A stretch of DNA of 64,000 bases. Origin: Macrostomum lignano. Taxonomy: Eukaryota. The notes below the pieces were generated by a model that saw nothing but the letters and a program-made list of their open reading frames with translations, was not told the origin of the DNA and made no database searches. The stretch is from positions 248,001 through 312,000 of the forward strand of contig NIVC01000140.1 in assembly GCA_002269645.1 (NCBI GenBank), given 5' to 3'. Position 1 is the stretch's first letter. Every line of letters starts with the position of its first letter. A program made the translations under genes and the position numbers. This document shows, in pieces, positions 52,324 to 62,887 of this stretch.

Positions 52324-55300
52324 CTACCCCGACCCAGTGCTTCCCTTCCTGGAGCACCGATCGATAAAAGCCGCCAAGAACCTTGCCGGCCTGCGCACAA
52401 CTCGACCAGACCTGGTGGTGATAGGCGGCCTCGCAGCAACGGATTGAGACGTCTGAGAACTGACGCTCTCAGTAACTGTAGTGGCAGGAGAATTGTCTGA
52501 TTGTGGCTCCAGCTTGAGGTCACCAAGTTCCTCGCTTGGCAACTGATCTGACTCTGGCCGCGAGTGGCTCGAATCGGTCCTCGAGACCTGCTGCTTGACC
52601 TCCTCAGTGTCTTGACATAGCTCTCGTCGACTTTCACCACCGACTGTCACCGCTACCGACCCTGAAACCCTACTAGCGGTCGTTCCAGACGTGGCCCCTT
52701 GAGCACTGTGGGCAGGAGGCTCTTCCGATGCCGGGTTCCGCCTGCTACTAGCAGGAATCGAACTTCCCTCCTCCGACTCTCCCAGTCTCGATCTAGAGAA
52801 CGCCTCTGAACGCAGACTGTGGAGACGGACCTGTCAGTCGAGGGCTGCTGAGCCGGATTTGAAGATCGAGTCTCTCCCGGTGCGGATGCCTGTCCGAATT
52901 TGTCGATCAAATCGATGTACGCGGGCTTTCTCACACACCTTTTTAGCCTGTCGATGTTGTAAACATTGTGCCTTGGGTTCGGCATCCCGGTGTCTGACTC
53001 TGGGACAAGTCGGTAGTTTCTGTCAGAGATCTTTTCAATGATCTTGTACGGCCCCAACCACACCGCCGTGTCAGACCCTTGTGGTCCGGGTTCAAGACCC
53101 ATACAAGCTCACCTTCCTTGAATACCGAATGGTGGGTGCCCCGATCGTAGTAGCGCTTCTGGCGCTGTTGGGCTTTACCGCGAATCTGTCTGGCCAAGGT
53201 CGAGACGGACACAAGCTCGTGATATAGTTTATGGGCGAACCTGTTAGGCTGAAACTGGTCCTGCACTGGAGACCCATATATTAGGTCTAGAGGGAATACG
53301 AGCTCGCGCCCTAGGAATAGGCGCGCTGGCGTAAAGCCGGTGGACTCAGCTTCCGACGCTCTGACTGACATGCCAACGAGGCGGGCCGCCAGTGGCCAAT
53401 TGCACTCCCTGTCCTGACACACGGCGCGGATCTGGCTCTTTATTGTCTGAATCGCCCTTTCAACCTTGCCGTTGGCTTGGGGACGGCGAGCTACGATCCG
53501 AACTTTTCCGATTTCAAGGAGGCTAGTCAGCTCCTCCAATACATGATTGATGAAAGCTGTGCCATTGTCGGACACAATTGCTTCCATCGCCCCGTACCTG
53601 ACGACCCATTCGGTCAAGATTGTTTGAGCGGTGGTTTCGGCAGTTGTATCTGGTACCGGAATTATTTCGACCCAGCTGGTAAAGCGGTCAATAAGAACCA
53701 GCAGGTACCTGTTGCCATCTTGTTCTGAGAATGGGCCTGCATGGTCCACGTGCACCACTTGGCCTGGATAGCCAGCAAGGGTGGGCTGCATCGGTTCCTT
53801 ATTTTTCTTCTTGTTTTTCTTAGTTCGAGCACAAGTCTCACATTCAGAGATTATTCCTGTGACATGGGTTGTTAACGCAGTGATTTTGAAACGGTTCTTT
53901 AGTGCTTTCGTGGTTTTTGTTACCCCACTGTGATTCAGAGCTTGGTGATAATTCAAGACGACTTCATCGACGTTCGCCGTCTCGGGAACGACTAAGACAG
54001 AGCGAGAAGGCCTACCCTTTTTGGACGGTTTCTGGAGGTATAACAGGCCCTCATTTAGAGTGAGTCTCTCAAAATTTGAATACAATATTCGGACCTCACG
54101 ACTGCACGACTGAAGCTCTTCGCTACTTGGCTTTCGCTCATTCTTCACAGCTTCTACTAGCCTCATGATGTCAATTGAGGACTCCTGAGCTTGCCTAGCC
54201 CAGTTTTCTTCTTGCTGATCTGACCACTCTTCATCAGACTCGGAGTTGCTTCCAGCCTCTGATCTAATAGGGTGCCCCACTGCTCGGATTGCCGGCGTTT
54301 CAGCAGGCGTTGGCAGTTCAGTTTCCGTTTGCTTTTGATCAGTATTCCCAGAGAGCGCTTCCAGCTGCTGTGGGGTCTGAGCCTCAGCCTCCTTGTGGTC
54401 GGGCGTCAAATCGCAGTTCTCATTGCTCTCCGTCTGGATAGCAACAGTGCGTGTCTGAATCTTTTTCCCTCTGGCCGCCCGTACGACTACAGACGCACTT
54501 TTGGCGTTTCCAATGAATTTTTCCTTAAACTCCGGTATGTGGCTGCATGTTGGGCAGTCGTAATGATCCGCCCGGAACTTTGGGTTCCGGCTTAGAAAAT
54601 CGGCATTTGAATGTTCTTGTCCAGCCCTGTGTTTGACCTCAAAGTCGTATTCCCCCAGGCGCTCAAGAGGTGTTTGATCGATTTTGAAATCATAGGCTTC
54701 GATCGTGGCCAACCATTGGGCCAGCATGCCTGTGGCATGTCTCTTGGCGTGCAACCACTTCAACGCTGCCGCGTCAGTGCGCACGATGAAGGGATGATCA
54801 AGCAAATAGACTCTGAAGTTCTCGAGCATGATCACCACGCCCAAGAGCTCTCTCATCGTGGCACAATAATTTCGCTGCGCGGCGGTAAATTTTTTTGAAG
54901 CGTAGCTGATCACATTTTCCTGACCATCAGCACCTTGTTGCGACAAGACAGCGCCAACCCCCTCGAGGGAGCTGTCGCAGTCCAAGATAAATGACCCGGC
55001 ATTCGGTGAAAAGTCCGGGTAGGCTAGGACCGGAGGTGAGCAGAGGCTTGACTTCAGCTCAGTGAATGCTTTTTGGTGCTTTTCTTGCCAGGCAAACTTC
55101 TCCGCCCCCCTTGCCAGGCTGTACAGCGGTGCGGCTATCACTGAGAACCTGGGAACAAATTTTCTGTAATAATTACAGAAGCCTAAGAACGACAAGAGCT
55201 GCTTCTGATTACTCGGAGTTGGCCAATCGCGAACGGCATCGGTTTTCTCTGGGTCAGCTTCTATGCCTTGTCCGGATACCACGAACCCGAGGAACCGCAC

Positions 55301-58289
55301 TTTGTCCTTAAACAGTTCACACTTACTAGGTTTGATTTTTAAATTTGCTTTTTGCAACCTCCACAGCACTAGCGCTAAATTAACAATCATCTGATCATTA
55401 TCCCTTGCTTTCACAATGACGTCATCCAAGTAAATCAAGCTGACCTTAAGCAGCAGGGGTTGGAAGACCCGGTGCATCAACCGCGCAAAAGTTGCCGGGG
55501 CGGTCTTGATGCCGAACGGGACGACCTTCCACCTGAAGGTGCCTTGTGGGCAAGAAAAAGCAGTGAGGTCCCTGTCTTGCTCACGGATCCCGACTTGCCA
55601 GTAGGCGGATGTTAGGTCAAGACTGGAAAAGACCTGTGCCCCCGACAAGCTGTCAAACGACTCGTCAACCAGTGGTAGCGGGAAGCTACAAGGTTTGATC
55701 ACTTTATTGGTCTGTCGATAATCAACGCAAAGCCTTTGACTCCCATCTTTTTTCCGCACCAACACGATTGGGGACGACCACTCGGAGTCACATTCTTCTA
55801 TTACGCCACAATCCAGCAACTTGGAGATGTGCTTGTCCAGGAACTCCTTCTGTGCCGGTGTGGTCCTCCGAGAGGGCTGAAATACGGTCGACAGGTCTGG
55901 TCTTTTAGCTCAATTGACATCTCTGTCAGCGACGTCTTTCCTAGATCGGTGTCGGACTTTGAAATTTGATTATGGAAGAAATTTAGCAACTTTATAGTTG
56001 TTGTCAGTTGTTGGGTTGTCAGATTTGATTTTCCCAGGCGAAACTCCCCTTTGAGCCACTCTGCAGTAGCTTTATCCGGGTAAGGCAATTTTTCTAACTG
56101 TTTTCCCAACCTTTCAGCGTTATTGATCGAAAAATCACGCTCATGTAGCCGAGTGTGAGTGACAACCTCATCAGCGCCTACATCCTGAAAAGAGGCCACT
56201 TCTTGCCCCCTTTTTATTGATATTGTCTGATCTTCACTGTTAAGCAAACGGACCAGGACATGGCGGCCTGTACTAACACTGTCTAGGGACCTGGCCACCA
56301 GACATTCCCCATCTCCACGGAAAAGGCGCGGTCCAAGGACTCCTTGAGCCCCTGGGACCGCTTCAGCGACACGACTTGGGACAATAGCTTCCGATCGGGG
56401 GCCATTTCTAGGTCACACGCTGATGTCACCCGCCTGACGCGGTAGAGACTACTGTCACCCTCAATGATCGGAATGGCCTCTCCATCCACTGTAGCTTTAC
56501 CATCGGCAATTAAGAGGTTGACCCTGAAGCTCTTGAGAAAGTCGAGACCGAGCAAGACATCAGACAGTCTTGTTTCCATGACTAAAAAGACTTGTGTCCT
56601 GGTCAGCTTTCCCAATGAAACCTCGCAACGCAAAGTGCCTAAGATTTCAGTTGACGTACCATTGAAAGCGGTAGCTGCGCGTCGCTGTGTGGACGGCTTG
56701 AAGACGTTGTTAATGGGATCAGCCTCGACTAGCTGATCCTTTACTCGGACTCCCATGACACTAGCGTTGGCACCAGAGTCTAGGCAGGCAATGATTCGAC
56801 TCTCACCGACATCCAGTTGCACGAAATAACTCGAATCGGTCTGGAACTCCGTGTCTTGCGCAGCGGACTGCTCACAATTCGGGGGCGAAGCCAACTCGCA
56901 GACGTCTAAGGCCCGATCACTAGGTTTTGCACTGTCGGCCACCCGACGAAACCTGACCCGGAGACCAACAATTTGATGGGGTGCCGCTCTGCCCCGAAGC
57001 TCTTGATCAAGCTGCGAGACATGCACAAAAAGATTGTCTCCCATCAGCGCTGACCGAATGAACCCATGTGACTGAAACCACTGGGTGATGACCCCGGTCT
57101 CCACTAGTTCAGCTCTTTGCTTCCCTGGCTCTCTTCCAGAGCGACCCCTGTGATTTAGCGGTGGTGGATGAGGGCAATCTGCGACCAGATGATCTGTTAA
57201 CCCGCATCGATAGCATGCTCTAGGCGGTCGGCTGCTAAACTGAGCTCCCTTGCCATATGCCAATTGATGGGGCGGCGATGATTGTGCAACTCGAGTCTGC
57301 TTTGGATTGCCTACCCCGCTAACCACTGGCACTTCATTTTGAGACGCCCTGACTGATGTTTGGTTAGACTGCTCCACCAGTAGTTTTTCCAGTTCTTTAA
57401 CCCTTGCTTCAAGCTCCGCAGTCTTGTCTGGACCCACAGAACGGACTTTAGCCAGCGCCGACTGCCCAGGGTTCAAGAGCTGTCGGACACCTGTAATCTC
57501 CCTGGCCTTCTTGGCCAGGTCAACAGAGGATAGCGAAGGATCTTCCCGACTGGCCAGCAGCAGCTTTTCGGCCAAGCTTCTATCTAGCAGCCCATGGCAG
57601 AACCGGGCCCGGACCAGTGGCTCAGACTCTTTGAGAGACAAGTTAGCAGCATGTGAAAGTCTTATTAGTCGATCAAAGTATTCTTGGACATCTTCAGCAT
57701 CATGTTGCTGAGCACTTGCTAGTTCCAGATAACTTTTGTCCTTCTCCGAAACATCCGTGTAGCGCAGGTCCAATGCTTTTAGTGCGACCTCAGCATCTTG
57801 CTTATGCAACTGGTTGTGAAAGCAATACTCCTGGCATTCAGGCGATAAAAGGGACAGCAAAATGGCTGACTGCTGCTCCTTGGGAATTTTGTGCGCCTCC
57901 ACGTAAGTGCGAAATTGCGTTTGCCACAAGTCGAATCTCATTTTCGGCATGTAGGGTTGTGGGGGTCGGAGGCGGACATTACCACTGCCCTCAGACGCTC
58001 TTGGTGAGGTCGATGGTGCCGTTGGATTTGATGCACGATTTAAGCTATTGGCCAATACCTGGGAGAAGCTTTCTAAGAAATTCTGCATAGTAGCGGGGAG
58101 CAACGCTGCTTCAGCCGAACCAACAGCAGCTGATGCTCCATTTTCAGATTCATGAGCATTAGCTCCACCAGCAGCTGATGCTCCATTTTCAGATTCTTGA
58201 GCATTTGCTCCACCAGCATCATTATTAACAGAGCCACCATCTTCAAGACCAGCCACATTGGCTACCACTCCATCCTCGTTATTAGACAT
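52324..58289 (-). CDS. Gypsy gag-pol, probably one ORF of about 1,990 codons (capsid, CCHC, cold-shock domain, protease, RT, RNase H, integrase), split by four 1-bp deletions
   Basis: CYRCGLTDHLVADC; LDSG; WSSPIVLV, LCVDYR, SLDLTSAYWQ, PFG, YLDD; LDCDSS, NYCAT..ELL, TDAAAL; H..LNHSG..CETC, VHVDHAGP, SDNG, PQANGKVER; WLGPY; terminal TRSGRVVRRPARF. Frame breaks at about 56399, 55870, 53068 and 52822. The span of 5966 plus 4 bases gives 5970, a multiple of 3. Confidence 0.9.
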
Positions 58290-59035
58290 TCCAGAGCCTA
58301 ATCACCTCGCCAAGCCGAGTTTTTTGCACCAGCAATGATCGGGACGACCAACCGAACAGGTGCAAGCAGGAAAAGAAGCAAAGGGGAAAGCAACCCAGAC
58401 AGCAGTTGGCGGGATCTAATCTAACCCTGACACAGACACAAACGCTATCTAAACCCGTCAACCTGGGACTACCTCTATTTTTAAACAGGCAAACAGACTC
58501 ACCACACGCACACAGATTGGCTGACCGCTGGTGTGTAGTCGCAGTTGTCCGGCCAGTTAGACGTAACCAGCAGTTCGTTCCAAGCTGTTGCTAACACGCA
58601 GAAGCAGCTCTGTTGACGCGCCAAGGGTCAATTGGGACTGGTGTAGGCCGAGGCTGGCAGCTGTGGCCAATTACTGTTGAGCTAGGCAGAGTGCAGGCCG
58701 CGTAGATTAATTGTCCTTGGGGTGGGTTGGCTGCGCTTGCACTGGATCCACTCGCGTTAAAGGACAGTGTAGGCTGACTAAGATTGCACTGATTCCGTTG
58801 GGCACAATTATTTGCGGCGCTCGGAGTAGCCAATTAGCCACAGAATGCGATAAGCAATGTACAGCTTGGTTGGGCTTGTGTTGCAATTGTACACGCTGGC
58901 TGGCTGGGCTAGGGTTATGACTCACGATAAGAATTTTATGACAATTCCAATATTCACTTCTTGGCTGCCGCCTGGATAGCCCGGGCTTGTTGTTGACTTG
59001 TTTGGTGTTCAAACCGAACGGTAAGTAGCAGCCCG

Positions 59036-59052
59036 TCTCGGTGGGACCTCCA
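59036..59052 (-). other. Primer-binding site complementary to tRNA-Gln
   Basis: TGGAGGTCCCACCGAGA, 6 nt inside the 5' LTR, is complementary to the recalled tRNA-Gln 3' end TCTCGGTGGGACCT-CCA. Confidence 0.85.
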
Positions 59053-59058
59053 AAATTA

Positions 59059-59581
59059 TGTGACGATATCTGGTCCGAGTTCGCGTGCTGACGGGCTGCT
59101 ATTAAAGTAGTGAGTAAACACACAGTTAGTGGTGACGATAACTGACGGCGCCGATAATTCGATTACGGATTATGTATATTTGCAGGTTACACATGTAGTG
59201 GTTATTGCTGATGCTAACTGGTAACGAACAATTGCAGTGTCAATGGAATGGCTTCGAAGATGACCTTAGTGGGTAACACTACTAAATTGAGAGCGATCTT
59301 GAACTACTGTTTTTTCAGTGTTTACTAAAATCAATCAGTGTTTACTAAAATCAAATGACTGGCGATAGGAACAGCAGCCGCACACCACGCTCAGTCTTCT
59401 CCGAAGCCACAGAATTCAAAATGTTAAATATAACTATTTAATGCAGTAAAACAAAGCATTGCTTACTATTTTCAATAAACATAAAAGTGAAACCAATTGA
59501 TATAAATAAAGTACATATTAAATACTTTTTAGTAGATATTAATCGACGAACTGGGAGAATAAAAGAACCACCAACGTCACA
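59059..59581 (-). repeat. 5' LTR (523 bp)
   Basis: Direct repeat of 50871..51393. Confidence 0.97.
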
Positions 59582-60442
59582 ACGGGTTCAGAGACTGCTC
59601 AAACTACATTAATAATTCACTGTTTAGGCTGAGCTGAACTGCGCCCGAAACTTTAGAAGCAGAAAGTTCTGATTAGTCCATGGAAAGAAAACAATCCGTG
59701 GGAAAGTCTCAAGGAGCTTGCAGCCGATCGCGTTTGAGTGGGCTGCAGCTGGACCGCAGAGACGGAATGGAGCGGCGAGTTCGTCTCAGAGGGACTCTGT
59801 AAAGATCGGAAGCAACCGGACAGGCTTTCATAGTTTTTTTATAATAATTAAAGAACCTTGCGTAGGAGGATGCGGAAAAAAGTATTGCAAAAATATGTAA
59901 CAACAGAAAATTAAAACACGAGACTTCTGAAAGAAAGCAGTAGGCCGGGATATCAAAATGGCAAAGACAAATGCAGAACTGGTACATGTACGAGCGTATG
60001 GTAAATTAATTTTTTGCTAATACGAGCTCGCACAACCGCATGTCCTCTCTCTCCTTGACAGTTTTATGCCTTCAGTGAAGTCGGGGGACAAAATTTATGG
60101 AAACAATAATTAACCAGAAGATTTGTCGCAGGATTCAGAGCAACTCAGATTTTTTGCTTGGTTAGGCGATATCAATTAAGCTTCTCTATTTTTTAGCTCT
60201 CCTGACTACCCCATGCACATGGAACATACAGTAAGACTCTTTCAATGGATAAAAAATGTTTAAGTATTTTTTACGCGATTGCAACAAATTGATCGATCTG
60301 GGAGGTAACGTGAAAGTCAAACTCTGTGCATTTCAGTCAGACTCCAGTTAAAACCTTGAAAAGTTCACGAGTAAAATTGATTGCTACTTTGAAGCTCAAT
60401 GCCGCCGAGTCAGCGCAACACCACAGGTTCTCAACCATTCGT

Positions 60443-62404
60443 TCAGCTGTCGCCGTCCGTCTTGCCCACCGCGATCCGCCTGGGCGCGACGGTCATTTCC
60501 GGGCCCGTCCTGTGGTGGGACAGCCAGCTTCTCAGCAGCCACAGCAGGTGAAGGCCCAGCTCAAGCAGCTCGCACAGGGTGAGAACACTGACGCCAAGGT
60601 AGAGGCCGAGCAGGCCGCCCAAACCGCTAAACAGATCGGACAAGTCGAAGGCCAAAGTCTCCTTCATCAACACGGCGCGGTCGGAGCCGTCGGCCACGCG
60701 CAGCAGCAGAGCGGCCAGGTTCCGCCTGGCCAAGCCGGCGTCGCCCGACTCGGCCATGGCGGCGGCATCGAACAAGCCGCGGTTCAGCCGCCGCAGGAGG
60801 CTGAGGTTCAGGGCGGGCTCTCCGTTGCGGTACAAAGTGTTTGCAGCCAGCCAGCGCTGAATGTCGCCAGCCAGGATGACTCCGTCTGATGTCGGCCAGG
60901 CCTTCAGCTCCGACCAGGCATCGTGGTCAGCCGACTTGCAGGCCGGCTGGCAGGAGGCCTCCGCTGTTCGCCTGAGGCGACTGTAGTTGGAGGCGGAGCA
61001 GTTGTAGTTGGTGGCCAGCTGGAGGAGGCTGTTGACCTCGCCATCCGTGACAGTGCCGTTTGCGATGCGATCCCGGATGTCCAGGGCCGATCTGACAGCC
61101 TGCGAGTTTGCCATCAGCAAGTGAGTGAGGTTGTAGCAGAAGGGGTGCTCGACCAGGGAGAACTGGGCAGCCAGTGGCACCTCATACAGGTAGCAACCGC
61201 AGGCATCCCGGGTGAGCAGCTGCAGCTTTTCGTACACGCAGTCCATTCTTGTGAAGCGGTAGTTGAGCAGCACGAGGCTGCCGTTCTCCAGCGGAGTCCA
61301 GTACTCCACGCTGTCCTTGTCGAAGGCTGAAACACAGGGCCGAAGGTCGCGGCTGACAGCGTGCAGCTCCTCGTAGCCCAGAGTGACGGTGGCTTGGAAG
61401 CCCACAGAAACGTGCAGCCGGTGCCCGGTGTACGGGTGGCTGCCGGGCTCGTGCACGAACACGTCAACGCCGCCCTCCTGGCCCTGCAGGAACAGCCGGT
61501 CAGCTGCCAGCCGCAGGTCGGCTTGAAGGCCTTCAGCGCCGGTAGAGTGCGAGTCAGTGTAGGCGAGCAATTGCAGCGGATAATCCGTCTTGTCTCCTGG
61601 ATCCAGACCGACCGTGGCGGCGAATTGGTCCCGGCGCATCAGCATGCAGACGGTGTGCAGCTGCGCTGAGGTCTGCCCGAAGCTCTTATGGTCGCAGGGC
61701 TGGGCGCCGTAGCGGCAGCTGAGCAGCATGAGGCTGTCGGGCTGGGCGAAACTGCGCAAGCTGGCCGTGCCCAGGGTGTCCCGCATGACCAGGCCTGGCA
61801 GCTCATTCACCAGCTGGTCAGTCACCTGCAGCAGCTGGGCAGAGTGGTACAACTCAGGGCCGAATCGTGGCTGCAGGTAGGAGGCCACAAAAATTTCAGC
61901 CAGGCTGCGGAGGCTGCGGAGGTTGGCGAAGAACTGCGCCGACAACGGCCTCCAGGACCAGCGGGCCGCCGCCACTGCCGCAGAGTCGTTAAAGGAGGCA
62001 TTGTCAGGCTTGATGGCCATCTGGCTGACGGACAGCAGATGGCTGTTGCAGACGGTGATGTCGGGGTACTGGAAGGCGATTCCATCTTGCGTGATGGACG
62101 TGCTGATGGGATGGGACAGGTACTTCTGCACCAGCAATGACGTGTTGAAGAGAAAGCCGCTCAGCGCGCCCACGATCAGGACAGCCCACAAAACCTGCAC
62201 GAACCACACTGGACTGGCCAGCTTCATCACCCCATGGGCGCTGGTGGTCGCGGCGAATGTGTTCAGCATGGACATCAGCCGCTGCCGGGCTGCAGGGCTG
62301 TCACCGCCGTTCCCACTGCTCCTGCTGCTCTTGGCGCCCTGCCGCAGTTCCATCCTCGGGCTCTCCAACTGCATGGCCTGTGCATCCCAGATTCGGGTTC
62401 TCAT
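60443..62404 (-). CDS. DEG/ENaC (ASIC-like) amiloride-sensitive channel subunit, intronless, about 650 aa
   Basis: TSAHG motif before TM1, YPDITVCN, Cys-rich thumb (CGC...C...C...C), TM2 LSDLFSGLGGLLGLYLGVSVLTLCE with the GxS filter. The first ATG is at 62404; the true start may be a later Met. Confidence 0.93.
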   Translation of the reverse strand: MRTRIWDAQAMQLESPRMELRQGAKSSRSSGNGGDSPAARQRLMSMLNTFAATTSAHGVMKLASPVWFVQVLWAVLIVGALSGFLFNTSLLVQKYLSHPISTSITQDGIAFQYPDITVCNSHLLSVSQMAIKPDNASFNDSAAVAAARWSWRPLSAQFFANLRSLRSLAEIFVASYLQPRFGPELYHSAQLLQVTDQLVNELPGLVMRDTLGTASLRSFAQPDSLMLLSCRYGAQPCDHKSFGQTSAQLHTVCMLMRRDQFAATVGLDPGDKTDYPLQLLAYTDSHSTGAEGLQADLRLAADRLFLQGQEGGVDVFVHEPGSHPYTGHRLHVSVGFQATVTLGYEELHAVSRDLRPCVSAFDKDSVEYWTPLENGSLVLLNYRFTRMDCVYEKLQLLTRDACGCYLYEVPLAAQFSLVEHPFCYNLTHLLMANSQAVRSALDIRDRIANGTVTDGEVNSLLQLATNYNCSASNYSRLRRTAEASCQPACKSADHDAWSELKAWPTSDGVILAGDIQRWLAANTLYRNGEPALNLSLLRRLNRGLFDAAAMAESGDAGLARRNLAALLLRVADGSDRAVLMKETLAFDLSDLFSGLGGLLGLYLGVSVLTLCELLELGLHLLWLLRSWLSHHRTGPEMTVAPRRIAVGKTDGDS

Positions 62405-62887
62405 TCTTATGCATCCGCGCCTCAGCTCCTGACCAATCACAGATCTGAGAGAGGGGGCAGTATACGCCACACTCAGGAGCAACTAAAGTACACTGCTTAG
62501 AAAAACCGCCCCAAAAATCCACTCGCAAATCAGGAAAATTCTTTGGAGGCAGCAGTTTCCACTGCAAGATGTATTGAATGGAAAGTAAGTTTTCAGATTT
62601 TAAACCACTTTAAAGCTCACTTTCAGGGAGGATATGTATACATTCTCCTCCTTTTCCCAGTGTGGCTATGGAAAAGTAAGTCCGAGGATGCATTTCTCAG
62701 GCCGAGGCGAAGACATATTTGGAAAAAGGAGGAGAAAATATTTAACCTACTGAAAGCAAAATACGCATCAATATCCAGTACAGTTAGTCTATGGCACAAG
62801 CTATGTGACTGACTGGCTAAAGTGTTATAAATCGTCTACCTAGATGGAGCACTGAGCAGTCCATCCATTTGCATATATAATAGAACC

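Larger units (their letters stand above)
50871..59581 (-). mobile_element. Full-length young Ty3/Gypsy LTR retrotransposon, 8.7 kb
   Basis: LTRs at 50871..51393 and 59059..59581; TSD ACGG at 50867-50870 and 59582-59585; PBS and PPT present; domain order PR-RT-RH-IN. Confidence 0.97.

Noticed and set aside
51717-52640. env-like third ORF of the Gypsy element (Cys-rich, hydrophobic)
   Set aside because: It overlaps the pol tail, has no signal peptide or fusion motifs, and its composition follows from T/G strand bias plus the 29-bp array.
56395-56402. Programmed -1 ribosomal frameshift in the Gypsy element
   Set aside because: The break lies after the protease, has no canonical X XXY YYZ heptamer and matches the other single-base deletions in the window.
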